Below are positions 28,658 through 38,608 of a stretch of 64,000 nucleotides of DNA, one piece after another. The notes under the pieces were generated by a model. That model did no database searches and was not told the DNA's origin. It saw only the letters and a program-made list of their open reading frames with translations. Every line of letters starts with the position of its first letter. Positions within the stretch are counted from its first letter, which is position 1. A program made the translations under genes and the position numbers. This DNA is from Candidatus Zixiibacteriota bacterium (lineage in GTDB: Bacteria > UBP14 > UBA6098 > JBKHBT01), in the NCBI GenBank assembly GCA_046542255.1, contig JBKHBT010000002.1, positions 33,700-97,699 on the forward strand, read 5' to 3'.

Positions 28658-29818
28658 CTATCTATTTTTGTATTCTTTATAGAGATTGGTCGCTATAATA
28701 TCTCTCTGTATTTGATTAGTGCCTTCGTAGATCTGCGTAATTTTGGCATCACGCATCATCTTTTCAACAGGATATTCTCGCATATAGCCATATCCACCGA
28801 GAACTTGGACTGCATCGGTTGTGATTTCCATAGCAATATCCGATGCATAGCATTTCGCCATCGCAGAGAGCTTGGATACATTTTTTGCGCCGGCATCGAC
28901 ATATTCGGCAGAACGATAGACCAATGACCTTGCGGCCTCCAATTTTGTTGCCATATCAGCAAGCATCCATTTCATACCCTGAAATGATGCAACCGGTTTA
29001 CCAAATTGTTCTCTCTGCCTGGCATATTTAACAGCTTCATCCAAAGCGCCCTGTGCTATTCCTAAAGCCTGTGCAGCAACCCCCGGCCTGGATTGGTCGA
29101 AGGTCTTCATCGCTACCATAAACCCAAGGCCTTCACGGCCTAATAAATTTTCTTCGGGTACGAAGCAGTCTTCGAAGACTAATTCGCTGGTAACAGATGC
29201 GCGAATACCCATCTTATCTTCTTTCTTGCCGAAAGAAAAACCATCAACACCTTTTTCTACTATAAATGTCGATGCGCCTCTTGCGCCGCGAGTAGGATCT
29301 GTTACTGCTACTACTGTATAAATATCAGCTTCAGAACCATTTGTGATAAAGATTTTGTTTCCAGTTATCTCATAACCGCCATCTACCTTTTTGGCTCTGG
29401 TCTTAATTGCGCCTGCATCACTTCCGGCATCGGGTTCAGTAAGGCCAAATGCAGCTAGAGATTCGCCTTTTGCGATTTGTCCGAGATATTTTTTCTTTTG
29501 CTCTTTATTTCCGTATAATAAAATTGGAAATGCTCCTAAACCAGTAGCAGCATAAGCAAGCGCTATGCCCCCACATGCTCTCGACAATTCTTCTGTTACG
29601 ATACACATCTCTTTTATGCCGCCACCGAAGCCACCATATTCTTCTGGAATAAATACACCAAAAAGATCTGATGCCGCCAGCTCTTTGACAATATCATGTG
29701 GGAATTCGCCCGTTTCATCGAGCTCTGCACGGATTGGGACAATTTTTTCTTCAGCGATTCTTCTTGAAAGGTCGCGAATCATCACCTGTTCCTCGGTCAG
29801 GAAGTGCTCTTCTAACAT
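28658..29818 (-). CDS. Acyl-CoA dehydrogenase (butyryl-CoA dehydrogenase-like)
   Basis: FGLTEPDAGSD, GNKIFITN, KMGIRAS, REQFGKP, GGYGY, DAKITQIYEGTNQIQR. Confidence 0.93.
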   Translation of the reverse strand: MLEEHFLTEEQVMIRDLSRRIAEEKIVPIRAELDETGEFPHDIVKELAASDLFGVFIPEEYGGFGGGIKEMCIVTEELSRACGGIALAYAATGLGAFPILLYGNKEQKKKYLGQIAKGESLAAFGLTEPDAGSDAGAIKTRAKKVDGGYEITGNKIFITNGSEADIYTVVAVTDPTRGARGASTFIVEKGVDGFSFGKKEDKMGIRASVTSELVFEDCFVPEENLLGREGLGFMVAMKTFDQSRPGVAAQALGIAQGALDEAVKYARQREQFGKPVASFQGMKWMLADMATKLEAARSLVYRSAEYVDAGAKNVSKLSAMAKCYASDIAMEITTDAVQVLGGYGYMREYPVEKMMRDAKITQIYEGTNQIQRDIIATNLYKEYKNR

Positions 29819-29865
29819 TTGCGCTCCTTTATTTTGATTTTTTTAGTCTATTTTTAAAAGATAAT

Positions 29866-30549
29866 TTATTCGAGAATTTTTTCAAGAGCTTTTCGTGCTG
29901 CCATTTGTTCTGCAGATTTTTTTGATGTTCCGCAGCCTTCTGCAATTATTTCGCCATCCAAGCTTACTGAACATGTAAATATCTGAGAATGCTTCTCTCC
30001 TTCTGCTTTGACGAGGCTGTAACTTGGCTGAAGCCCGATGCTTTGGGCAAATTCGAGAAATTCACCTTTATAATTACGATATTCATCATTTTCGAAAACA
30101 TTATCTACATCATCGAGATGGAATTTCCATATGAAATTTTTCGCCGCTTTGATACCCCCATCAACAAAAATAGCGCCGATTACCGCTTCATAGGCATCGG
30201 CAAGCATTCCTATTCTTGCTTCTCCTTTGAGAAGCTTTTCTGCATCCCCTAAAAATAAATATTCGAAAAGGCCGATTTCTTCGGCTCGTTCGGCGAGATA
30301 TGCCTTCTGGACCAATCGTCTTCTATGTTCGGTCAGTTGGCCTTCTTCCATGCCAGGATAATTATCGTATAGAAAACTACTTACCGCTATTTCCAAAACG
30401 GCATCACCAAGAAATTCTAAACGTTGATTAGAATCTATCCTTCGATCGACAAATGAAGGATGTTTCAATGCATTGTCGAGTAAAGACAAATCATTGAATT
30501 TGTATAAAATTTTTTTCTCGAGCGACCTGGTTTTCCTAAATAATTTCAT
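29866..30549 (-). CDS. rnc: Ribonuclease III
   Basis: NQRLEFLGDAVL, AD.YEA.IGAI, dsRBD G.SKK.AEQ.AA. Confidence 0.95.
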   Translation of the reverse strand: MKLFRKTRSLEKKILYKFNDLSLLDNALKHPSFVDRRIDSNQRLEFLGDAVLEIAVSSFLYDNYPGMEEGQLTEHRRRLVQKAYLAERAEEIGLFEYLFLGDAEKLLKGEARIGMLADAYEAVIGAIFVDGGIKAAKNFIWKFHLDDVDNVFENDEYRNYKGEFLEFAQSIGLQPSYSLVKAEGEKHSQIFTCSVSLDGEIIAEGCGTSKKSAEQMAARKALEKILE

Positions 30550-31796
30550 CCATTAAAAGTTTTGAATACAATAGAAGAATTATGCCCACCGAAACCAAAA
30601 GAATTACATAGTGCTACATCTACCTGGTGATCTACTGCTTTGTCGCCTATGACAAAGTCGATGCCTTCGGCATCCGGGTCGAGATTTTCGATATTGATAG
30701 TAGGATGGACCTTATTTTCATTGATACTCATAATCGATGCAATAGATTCAATTCCAGCAGCAGCTCCCAAAAGATGGCCTGTCATAGATTTTGTCGAATT
30801 AACCTTTAATCTATCGAGGCTATGAGGAAACAGATTCTTAATTGCATTTATTTCTGCAATGTCGCCAACTGGAGTCGATGTTCCATGAGTATTTATATAA
30901 TCGACTTTTGTCGGGTCGATATCTGCCATTTCCAAAGCATTTTTCATAACTCTATAGGCACCATCACCATTTTCTGGAGGCGCAGTGATATGGAATGCAT
31001 CGGCGGTAGCAGCAAAGCCCGCAACTTCTGCAAAAATCTTTGCACCACGTTTTTTGGCAGATTCCAGCTCTTCTAATATCAATATACCAGAGCCTTCTCC
31101 CATAACAAATCCATCTCGATTAGCATCGAAAGGGCGTGATGCTTTTTGGGGGTGCTCATTTAACTGCGACATAGCTCTATTCGAACAAAATCCAGCGATA
31201 GAAATCGGAGTAATCGGAGCTTCAGCACCGCCAACCATCATTCTATCCGAGCTTCCACTTAAAATATGCATAAGGCCATCGCCGATTGCATGGCCTGCAG
31301 ATGCGCAAGCTGATGTAATAGCGTAATTCGGCCCTTTTAGTCCATATTTAATCGCAATTTGACCAGCTGCAATATCGGATATCATCATCGTAATAAAAAA
31401 TGGGCTGACTCTTTTGGGCCCTTTTTTCATAAAAATGGAATGTTGCTTTTCAAAAGTCGATATTCCGCCAACACCAGAACCAATTATCACTCCAAATTGC
31501 TCATCATCGAGATATTTATCACTCTCGAATAATGACTGCTTCATTGCTTCCTTTGCAGCAGCAAATGCAAACTGTGTATATCGATCTGTTCTTTTAGCTT
31601 CTTTCCTGTCAAAATAACCTAAAGGATCAAAGTCTTTGATTTCACATGCAATCTGGGTGGAAAAATCATCCGGGTCGAAAGACTGAATTCGACCAGCACC
31701 AGATCTTCCTTCTTTAAGCGAATTCCAGAATTGCTTTACATTATTACCGACAGGGGTGATAACACCCATGCCAGTAACAACTACTCTACGCTTCAT
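30546..31796 (-). CDS. fabF: 3-oxoacyl-ACP synthase II
   Basis: RRVVVTGMG, SACAS, HGTST, KSMTGHLLGA, NSFGFGGHN. Confidence 0.96.
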   Translation of the reverse strand: MKRRVVVTGMGVITPVGNNVKQFWNSLKEGRSGAGRIQSFDPDDFSTQIACEIKDFDPLGYFDRKEAKRTDRYTQFAFAAAKEAMKQSLFESDKYLDDEQFGVIIGSGVGGISTFEKQHSIFMKKGPKRVSPFFITMMISDIAAGQIAIKYGLKGPNYAITSACASAGHAIGDGLMHILSGSSDRMMVGGAEAPITPISIAGFCSNRAMSQLNEHPQKASRPFDANRDGFVMGEGSGILILEELESAKKRGAKIFAEVAGFAATADAFHITAPPENGDGAYRVMKNALEMADIDPTKVDYINTHGTSTPVGDIAEINAIKNLFPHSLDRLKVNSTKSMTGHLLGAAAGIESIASIMSINENKVHPTINIENLDPDAEGIDFVIGDKAVDHQVDVALCNSFGFGGHNSSIVFKTFNG

Positions 31797-31803
31797 AATG
31801 ATA

Positions 31804-32037
31804 TTAGGATTTTTTCTTTTCTACATAGTCGATAGCTGTACCGACAGTCGTGAGGCCTTCTGCATCTTCATCTGGAATATCGATATCGAATTCTTCCTCG
31901 AGTGCCATGACAAGCTCGACGGTATCGAGAGAATCCGCGCCAAGGTCATCGATAAAATGTGAATCGACTTTGATTTCATCTTCACTAACGCCTAAATTGT
32001 CAACAATAAGTTCCTTGATTCTTTTCTCAACTGACAT
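31804..32037 (-). CDS. acpP: Acyl carrier protein
   Basis: [20 protein letters not shown]; AGGAGG RBS before ATG at 32037. Confidence 0.96.
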   Translation of the reverse strand: MSVEKRIKELIVDNLGVSEDEIKVDSHFIDDLGADSLDTVELVMALEEEFDIDIPDEDAEGLTTVGTAIDYVEKKKS

Positions 32038-32144
32038 TCTTACCTCCTGCAAATATTCTTGCTTCTAAAAAATTTTACTAAATTTATTGCCATATATCTT
32101 TAGTGTCAATAGGATTTTTGTTTATTACGTTTATCTGTTATTAA

Positions 32145-32816
32145 TTAATACCTTATTAAATTATTTTCATGATCTTTTACTTCGCTTTCGAATACAGTCA
32201 ATACTTTATCTGCAGCAACCATAAGCCCTCGTGAATAGCCATAATTCGAGTTATGGTAATCGCCTCTTTTAATTACGAGCTGATAGACAAATTTGAGCTT
32301 ATCTTTTATATAATTTATAGCAGGCAAAAGATCAACATCGCCCGATACCAGAATAGCTGCATCGAACCCCTGGACTTTAGATACCATATCGACTCCGATT
32401 GCAACATCGACCCCACGCTCTTCGAATCGTTCGAAATATGGATTGATTTTCAATATACCAGCATAGCAGAATTCGATAAAGTCATTCTCCTGCTGAAGTC
32501 TTCGATAGACGCTATCCTGAATATGCCTTAGACGGTTTTCTTGTTCACGAAGCCAAACTTCCCTATCGTGGAGATATTCTTCTTCGTCCATATCTTCCGG
32601 GCAATTTCTTTTAAGCTCTGCCGGGAAAAAATCAAAAGGTGCAACGCGCGCAGGCTGATACCAATAGGCCCTAATAAGCTCATGATCTGGCGGTAAAATA
32701 TACTTAAACAATACTTCCCAATTAATGTCTTTTTCCTGTAGCCCAATATCCGCAAGAGCAAAATGTAAGTTCTGGCCATCGATAAAAATAATTGTTCGTT
32801 TCAAAATTCCTCCCAA
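32145..32816 (-). CDS. NYN/LabA-DUF88 PIN-fold protein
   Basis: IFIDGQNL, E.RGVDV....DM, LVSGD.D..P; start uncertain. Confidence 0.85.
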   Translation of the reverse strand: MGGILKRTIIFIDGQNLHFALADIGLQEKDINWEVLFKYILPPDHELIRAYWYQPARVAPFDFFPAELKRNCPEDMDEEEYLHDREVWLREQENRLRHIQDSVYRRLQQENDFIEFCYAGILKINPYFERFEERGVDVAIGVDMVSKVQGFDAAILVSGDVDLLPAINYIKDKLKFVYQLVIKRGDYHNSNYGYSRGLMVAADKVLTVFESEVKDHENNLIRY

Positions 32817-32955
32817 GAAATCATTTTCAAAAATAAATCATCAAGAAAAAATTGCTTTATTTGATAAATGTCAAGGTTTTTGCTGGATATTAGCAATTTG
32901 TTGTTGCTTAAAAAACTATCTAGTATAATTTTTAGTTAACAAAAAAGGAAGTTCG

Positions 32956-34056
32956 ATGAAAATTAATAAAAATTTCAAGATTTGTTTTATTATTCTTACA
33001 ATAATAATAACCAGCCTTTATTCTATTTCGATAGAAAATGATCATATTAGATTAAATGTTGGGCGGGATGATGGTGTTTTTAATTTAGGAACTGTAGATG
33101 ATGAGCCTCTTGTCGATGGATATCCAGATGCTTTTGCCGGTAATAATTTCAAGATTCTCTACGATGGATATATTGTTTTAACAAATGAACTCGGCCACCC
33201 CGAAACGGCGCCTCTTAGAGATACTACTTTGATGATGGAAGAAGGAATAATCACAACAGAATGGGTTTTCGATGACCTTATTATCTGGCAGAAACTCCGA
33301 TTCATCGAAGAAGATTCTCTCGAGACTTTCTTGAATGTGGAAGTTTTCATATACAACGAAGGCACAGACTCTCATACCGTCGGAATGCAATATTTCATGG
33401 ATTTGAATATCGGCGATAATGATAATCCTGTGATGGCTGTACCCTGGGAAAGCATCGAAAATGAAACAAGATATGAGGATGATGATATTCCGGGTTATTT
33501 TCTTGCTTATGAAGACATCGAACATCATGACTCGACAGGACTTTTCGGAATGGGATTGCTCTATGGTAGCGATATGATGATGCCCGATGAAGTATTATTC
33601 TCCAATGCCGATAATTTAAGTGATATTAGCATGGAGCATCCAATCACATCAAATCCCATAGTAGATAGTGGTGTGCTTATGCATTGGAATGATGTCATGC
33701 TTCATCCCACAGGGATATTGATAATCGAATTTAATTGGGGACTGCCGTTTTCAGATTTCTCAGATGTCGATGAAGGCTTTGAAATTGCTTTGCCGCAAAA
33801 TATTGCAATTAACTCATATCCGAATCCATTCAATAGCAAAGCTAATATCAATATCTCGGGTAAATTGGATGGTGAATATGCCGATTTATCTTTATACAAT
33901 ATCTCTGGTAGGAAAGTCGAAACCATCTTCGCAGGTAATCCAAATGACAGGACTAATTTTATCTTTGAACCCAAAGGACTTTCTTCAGGTACATATTTTA
34001 TTATTCTTGAGTCCGATAAAGGAAAAACACATAAAAAGATCGAATATATCAAATGA
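32956..34056 (+). CDS. Secreted acidic protein with T9SS-type C-terminal sorting domain
   Basis: Signal peptide; YPNPFN...LYNISGRKV...LSSGTYF...KKIEYIK. Confidence 0.75.
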   Translation: MKINKNFKICFIILTIIITSLYSISIENDHIRLNVGRDDGVFNLGTVDDEPLVDGYPDAFAGNNFKILYDGYIVLTNELGHPETAPLRDTTLMMEEGIITTEWVFDDLIIWQKLRFIEEDSLETFLNVEVFIYNEGTDSHTVGMQYFMDLNIGDNDNPVMAVPWESIENETRYEDDDIPGYFLAYEDIEHHDSTGLFGMGLLYGSDMMMPDEVLFSNADNLSDISMEHPITSNPIVDSGVLMHWNDVMLHPTGILIIEFNWGLPFSDFSDVDEGFEIALPQNIAINSYPNPFNSKANINISGKLDGEYADLSLYNISGRKVETIFAGNPNDRTNFIFEPKGLSSGTYFIILESDKGKTHKKIEYIK

Positions 34057-34121
34057 GAATCTTTTGCTTGACTAAAAAAAATAAGAAATCTATTTTCAAA
34101 GGAAAATAATCGGAGGTTAAA

Positions 34122-34832
34122 ATGAAAAAACTATTTTTCACCTTATTGCTTGTTTCGTTTATTGTATTTTTAGCATGTGAGATGCAAAAGCCCAAAGATG
34201 AGTACCTCAACCTAATTCAGGAAAACAAAGATGCTGGCAATACAGAAGAACTTATCAAAAACTACCGGGCGCTAATAAAATTCTACCCCGATGCCGAGAA
34301 GATTGATAATTATCGTCAAAGATATATCGATATACTTTTCGATGCTCTCAAAGACGATCAACTCGAAGATCCGACTTATGCTACTGAAATAAAAACAATT
34401 AGCGATAGCCTTTCCAATGATACAACAAAAGTCTGGATAAACTATCGGCTTTATTCATACTATAAAGACAATAATCAGAATGACAAAGCCAATGAATTGC
34501 TCGAACCACTGAGCCAGAGTGATTATATGGTAATCGCACAAAAACTTCTCGCAGCTCAAAAACCCGAGCAAACAATTGAAGTTTACAAAAAGATTCTGGA
34601 TAAATTCCCAGATGGAAAAGGCCTCGACAAGGTTAATTTCCTAATCGCATTCACTTATTCGGAAAATCTTAAAGACTACGAAAATGCAAAACCATATTTC
34701 CAAAATGTCTTTGAAGATTATCCAGAAAGCGACCTTGCTGATGATGCAGAATGGATGATGGAAAATATGGAAAAAACCCCAGAAGAAATTTCGTTTATCT
34801 CTGAGACAACCACAGAAGAAAATAAGCAGTGA
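34122..34832 (+). CDS. TPR-repeat lipoprotein (BamD/CpoB-like repeats)
   Basis: Lipobox FLAC; Y..IL.KFP, F..YP.S.LA.DA helical repeats. Confidence 0.75.
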   Translation: MKKLFFTLLLVSFIVFLACEMQKPKDEYLNLIQENKDAGNTEELIKNYRALIKFYPDAEKIDNYRQRYIDILFDALKDDQLEDPTYATEIKTISDSLSNDTTKVWINYRLYSYYKDNNQNDKANELLEPLSQSDYMVIAQKLLAAQKPEQTIEVYKKILDKFPDGKGLDKVNFLIAFTYSENLKDYENAKPYFQNVFEDYPESDLADDAEWMMENMEKTPEEISFISETTTEENKQ

Positions 34833-35461
34833 ACTCCAAGATAGTACTTTCAAAACATTCTATAGGCCCACTCGACACAAATTGCTATATCTTTGGACAG
34901 GAAAACGGCAATGTCATTATAATCGATCCGGGTTTTGAGTCGAAAGATATTGCGGATACCATAGATAACAAAAATTTGAAACCCATCAAAATTGTATTAA
35001 CGCATTCACATTACGACCATATAGGCTATGCAAACCCCCTCTCAGAAAAATTCGATATTCCGATTTATATTCATAAGGAAGGCATCCCGCTTCTTGAAGA
35101 TCCAGACAAAAACCTTTCGACTTTTTTCGATAAAGCTATTTCCATAAAAGATGCCTTGCCTTTAGAAGATGGTGATAAAGTCGAGATTACAAATGAACTA
35201 TCGCTCGAGGTTATCCATAGCCCTGGCCATTCGGAGTGTTCAATAAGCCTTTATATGCAGGGTTTATTATTCTCGGGAGATACAATTTTCAATCAGGGAG
35301 TGGGAAGATACGACCTTCCCGGAAGCGACTTAGACAAACTTCGTAATTCATTATCGAAATTATTCAAGCTTCCAGACGATACGATAGTCTATCCAGGACA
35401 TGGCACCTCGACAACGATAGCACAGGCACATAAGGATATAAGTTCCTTTGCAATTCTCTGA
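34829..35461 (+). CDS. Metallo-beta-lactamase-fold hydrolase (glyoxalase II/YcbL-like)
   Basis: TNCY, THSHYDHIG, SPGHS, SGDTIF, YPGHG. Confidence 0.9.
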   Translation: MNSKIVLSKHSIGPLDTNCYIFGQENGNVIIIDPGFESKDIADTIDNKNLKPIKIVLTHSHYDHIGYANPLSEKFDIPIYIHKEGIPLLEDPDKNLSTFFDKAISIKDALPLEDGDKVEITNELSLEVIHSPGHSECSISLYMQGLLFSGDTIFNQGVGRYDLPGSDLDKLRNSLSKLFKLPDDTIVYPGHGTSTTIAQAHKDISSFAIL

Positions 35462-35526
35462 CAATATTTATTCTTGAAAATTAATTTCCTTAACTTTATA
35501 ATTATGCCTATCAAAAGGGAGATTAT

Positions 35527-36528
35527 ATGGAAAATATACTTCAAAACAAATTGCAATTAGCGATATCGCCTACGCCACTCTATCGGCTGGATACAATCAG
35601 CGAAAAAGAAAATAGCGAAATCTGGATAAAGCGTGATGATATGACTGGCAGTCAGCTTTCAGGAAATAAAGTCCGCAAATTGGAGTATCTACTCAAAGAT
35701 GCAATAGATAATAATTACGACACAATTATAACCTGTGGTGGCGAACAATCCAATCATAGCCGTGCTACAGCCATAGCTTCGAGAAGACTGGGCCTCGATT
35801 GCCATCTGGTGCTTCGCAAAACCGGAGAAGGGCCATCTGGTAATTGGCTTTTGGATATGATTTCTGGAGCGACTTTTAAATGGATAGCCAGTAAAGAATA
35901 TAAGAATCGAAATATCATAATGGAAAAAGAGGCAAATAAACTATCCGAAAAAGGTAAAAAGCCATACATAATCCCCGAAGGCGGCTCCAATCCAATTGGA
36001 GTACTCGGCTATATTGCAGCAGCTAAAGAAATCGCAAGACAAGCCAAAAATAATAGTAAATACCCGGAAAATATCACAGTCGCAGTCGGCACCACCGGTA
36101 CTTATGTCGGACTTTTGCTTGGATTTGCACTCGAAGGTTTATGCACAAAGATAATAGGCATTTCTTCTGGCGAGAAAAGTGAAGTATTTGTCCAAAAAGC
36201 CAAAGAGCTATCTAAGGCAACAATAGATAAATACAATCTGCCAATCGATCCTGAAAAGCTTGAAATATTGATAGTTGATAGATTCATTGGCGGCGGTTAC
36301 GGCATCATAAATAGTGATATTGCACGCTTTATCATGAATTTTGCATATGAGACAGGTATAATACTCGACCAAACCTATACAGCAAAAGCAGCTATGGGTG
36401 CTCTGGAAATCATGCCAAAGCCCAAAAGAGAAAATGGTATAAATATAATAATCCATACAGGCGGATTATTTGGCCTGTTTACAAAAGGACAATTTTTCAG
36501 GGAATTATTCTTTTTGAGAAAAGATTAG
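35527..36528 (+). CDS. D-cysteine desulfhydrase / ACC deaminase family PLP enzyme
   Basis: KRDD, SGNKVRKLEY, GG.QSNH.R, IPEGGS, LD..YT.KA, HTGG. Confidence 0.88.
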   Translation: MENILQNKLQLAISPTPLYRLDTISEKENSEIWIKRDDMTGSQLSGNKVRKLEYLLKDAIDNNYDTIITCGGEQSNHSRATAIASRRLGLDCHLVLRKTGEGPSGNWLLDMISGATFKWIASKEYKNRNIIMEKEANKLSEKGKKPYIIPEGGSNPIGVLGYIAAAKEIARQAKNNSKYPENITVAVGTTGTYVGLLLGFALEGLCTKIIGISSGEKSEVFVQKAKELSKATIDKYNLPIDPEKLEILIVDRFIGGGYGIINSDIARFIMNFAYETGIILDQTYTAKAAMGALEIMPKPKRENGINIIIHTGGLFGLFTKGQFFRELFFLRKD

Positions 36529-37517
36529 ACTATAATTTCTGGCGATAGAGTTCTGAGAAGGTCGAATAAAATCGGGAATTCCTTATCATCGACAAGAGAA
36601 AATAGCCTGGAAAATCCCGGTTTTATATACTGGCTGAACTCATCTTTTCCAGACAAACTTAGCCTTTCAAATGCAGCCAATGCCTGCATTAGTCGTGAAA
36701 TGGCACTTCTTTGGAAATCTCTTTGAAATGTATCGTAGATAATATCTACAAAACCAAGCCTCTCAATCTTTTGGAAATAAATTTCCAATAATTTCTCATA
36801 TATATCCTTAGGCAACATAATATAAGGATCCATTAGAAGGGCTGCCAAATCATAAGTATAAGGACCGATGCAACCTTCCTGTAAATCGATGACTTTAAAT
36901 ATATCATCATGAATAAGAATATTTTTAGATTGCAGATCGCGATGCATGTAAACTTTCGGCTGTTCGGCAATCAATAAGGCGAGTTTATCGAATTCGCTAT
37001 GGAGGTTGCTGAGATTTGTTTGCTTTTTGTCATTATATTTATCGATAAAATACTCGACAAATTGCTCTGTTTCCCCAAGCAATTTTTCATATCCGAAAAC
37101 TGTCTTTTTGACAATTACTGGTGGCTCTTCTCGATATATCGAGCTTTGTAAAAGAATTAACATATCGATTGCTCTTTCGTAAACACTCAGGCGGTCATCG
37201 CAGTTTTTGTATAGAACTTCCAAAGATAAGTCGCCCAAATCCTGCATAAGAACAATATGATGTTCCCAGAAATTTTGATAGATCTTTGGAGCTAAATTAG
37301 CAAAGCTATTTAGGTATTTAGAAATCTGGACAGTCCTATCCAACATTCTACTGTTATCGTCATATAGCAAAATCAAAGAACGGTTTCTGGTTCCGGTTAA
37401 TCTATAGAATTTTCGATTTGAGCCACCGTATAATTGCTTGAAATCATTTAGTTTTCCTATTCGAGAATTAACTTCTCTTTCGATTCCTGGTTTTTGCAAT
37501 AAATTATTAATATCCAT
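36525..37517 (-). CDS. Anomeric MurNAc/GlcNAc kinase-like phosphotransferase (AmgK-like)
   Basis: GGS.RKFYR, DLGD, HRDLQSKNI, IDLQ, GP..YDLA.LL.D, R.MQAL.AF; adjacent to a MurU-like gene. Confidence 0.75.
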   Translation of the reverse strand: MDINNLLQKPGIEREVNSRIGKLNDFKQLYGGSNRKFYRLTGTRNRSLILLYDDNSRMLDRTVQISKYLNSFANLAPKIYQNFWEHHIVLMQDLGDLSLEVLYKNCDDRLSVYERAIDMLILLQSSIYREEPPVIVKKTVFGYEKLLGETEQFVEYFIDKYNDKKQTNLSNLHSEFDKLALLIAEQPKVYMHRDLQSKNILIHDDIFKVIDLQEGCIGPYTYDLAALLMDPYIMLPKDIYEKLLEIYFQKIERLGFVDIIYDTFQRDFQRSAISRLMQALAAFERLSLSGKDEFSQYIKPGFSRLFSLVDDKEFPILFDLLRTLSPEIIV

Positions 37518-37518
37518 T

Positions 37519-38457
37519 TTAATAAGGCGCCATCATATTTTTATAAACCACTTTCCTCGATACTCTAAACCCTTTTGGAATTTCAGTTCCAGCCCAAATA
37601 ACAGTATCTTCGATAATCGCTGCCTTAGGAACACGGACATAATGCCCCAAAGAAGCAAATCCCCTAATCTGTGCATTGGCATGAACAAAAACATCGAATC
37701 CTTTATAAACAGTATTATCAGGAATTTCCAATAGTTTTGATTTATATTTTTTATTTACCAAAATATCCTCATGGAGGTCCAAATAGGAATCGATAGAACC
37801 AACATCTCTCCAATAGAAATCGCCTTCTGGCTTCCATCCGATAACACTTCCGGGTTTCTCCCGAATCAATTTGATATAAATATCCAAAATCGAAAAGGGC
37901 CCTTTATTGTTGAAATATTTAAAAATCTCAGGCGATAGAATCGCAATCCCTCCAAAAGTAGATCTATCGAAATCTCCATCGGGTTTAATCTCATCACAAA
38001 TATCCACTAGATTTTTATTATCGTCTAAACTAACAGAATTTATCGGTGGAAAATCTACCGTCATAAGTGTAGCTAAAGGCTGTCTTTGGCAATGGTAGTC
38101 GATCATTTCATAGAGTGGAGCATCCGATATAATATCACAATTATGTATAATAAAATTATCATTATCATCGATATAATCTTTGAATTGTGCGATGCCACCG
38201 CCAGTTCCCATTAGCTGCTCTTCTCTTATTGTAAAGTATTCGATGCCTGGCTGCCTGATTCTAAGCAAATGTGCTCCAAGTTTATCACTCAAATGGTATA
38301 GATTGACTCCCAGGTCAGAGATTCCATTTTCCTGAAGCTTCGAAGATATCAGAGAAATGAAAGAACGCCCGAGAACTGGAAAAATCGCCTTGGGTATTAT
38401 ATCTGTTAGAGGGCCTAAGCGTGTACCATAACCTGCCGATAAAATTAAACCCTTCAT
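37519..38457 (-). CDS. Sugar-1-phosphate nucleotidyltransferase (MurU-like) with short C-terminal beta-helix
   Basis: ILSAGYGTRL.PLT...PK, GTGGG, N.DI, W.DVG. Confidence 0.8.
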   Translation of the reverse strand: MKGLILSAGYGTRLGPLTDIIPKAIFPVLGRSFISLISSKLQENGISDLGVNLYHLSDKLGAHLLRIRQPGIEYFTIREEQLMGTGGGIAQFKDYIDDNDNFIIHNCDIISDAPLYEMIDYHCQRQPLATLMTVDFPPINSVSLDDNKNLVDICDEIKPDGDFDRSTFGGIAILSPEIFKYFNNKGPFSILDIYIKLIREKPGSVIGWKPEGDFYWRDVGSIDSYLDLHEDILVNKKYKSKLLEIPDNTVYKGFDVFVHANAQIRGFASLGHYVRVPKAAIIEDTVIWAGTEIPKGFRVSRKVVYKNMMAPY

Positions 38458-38608
38458 TAAATTCTCCTTACAATTACTTTTAAAGTATGCAAAAGATATT
38501 GTCTAAACTAAAAAAAGCAATCATTTTTCAAAAAAAATAAAATTCTCTTTGTACTCAAAATATTAATAGATATATAAAATTTTAAGTCAAGGGTTTTTAA
38601 GAAAAGAA

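Noticed and set aside
36525-38457. Kinase plus nucleotidyltransferase pair as a novel pathway
   Set aside because: Fits the known AmgK-MurU peptidoglycan recycling shortcut
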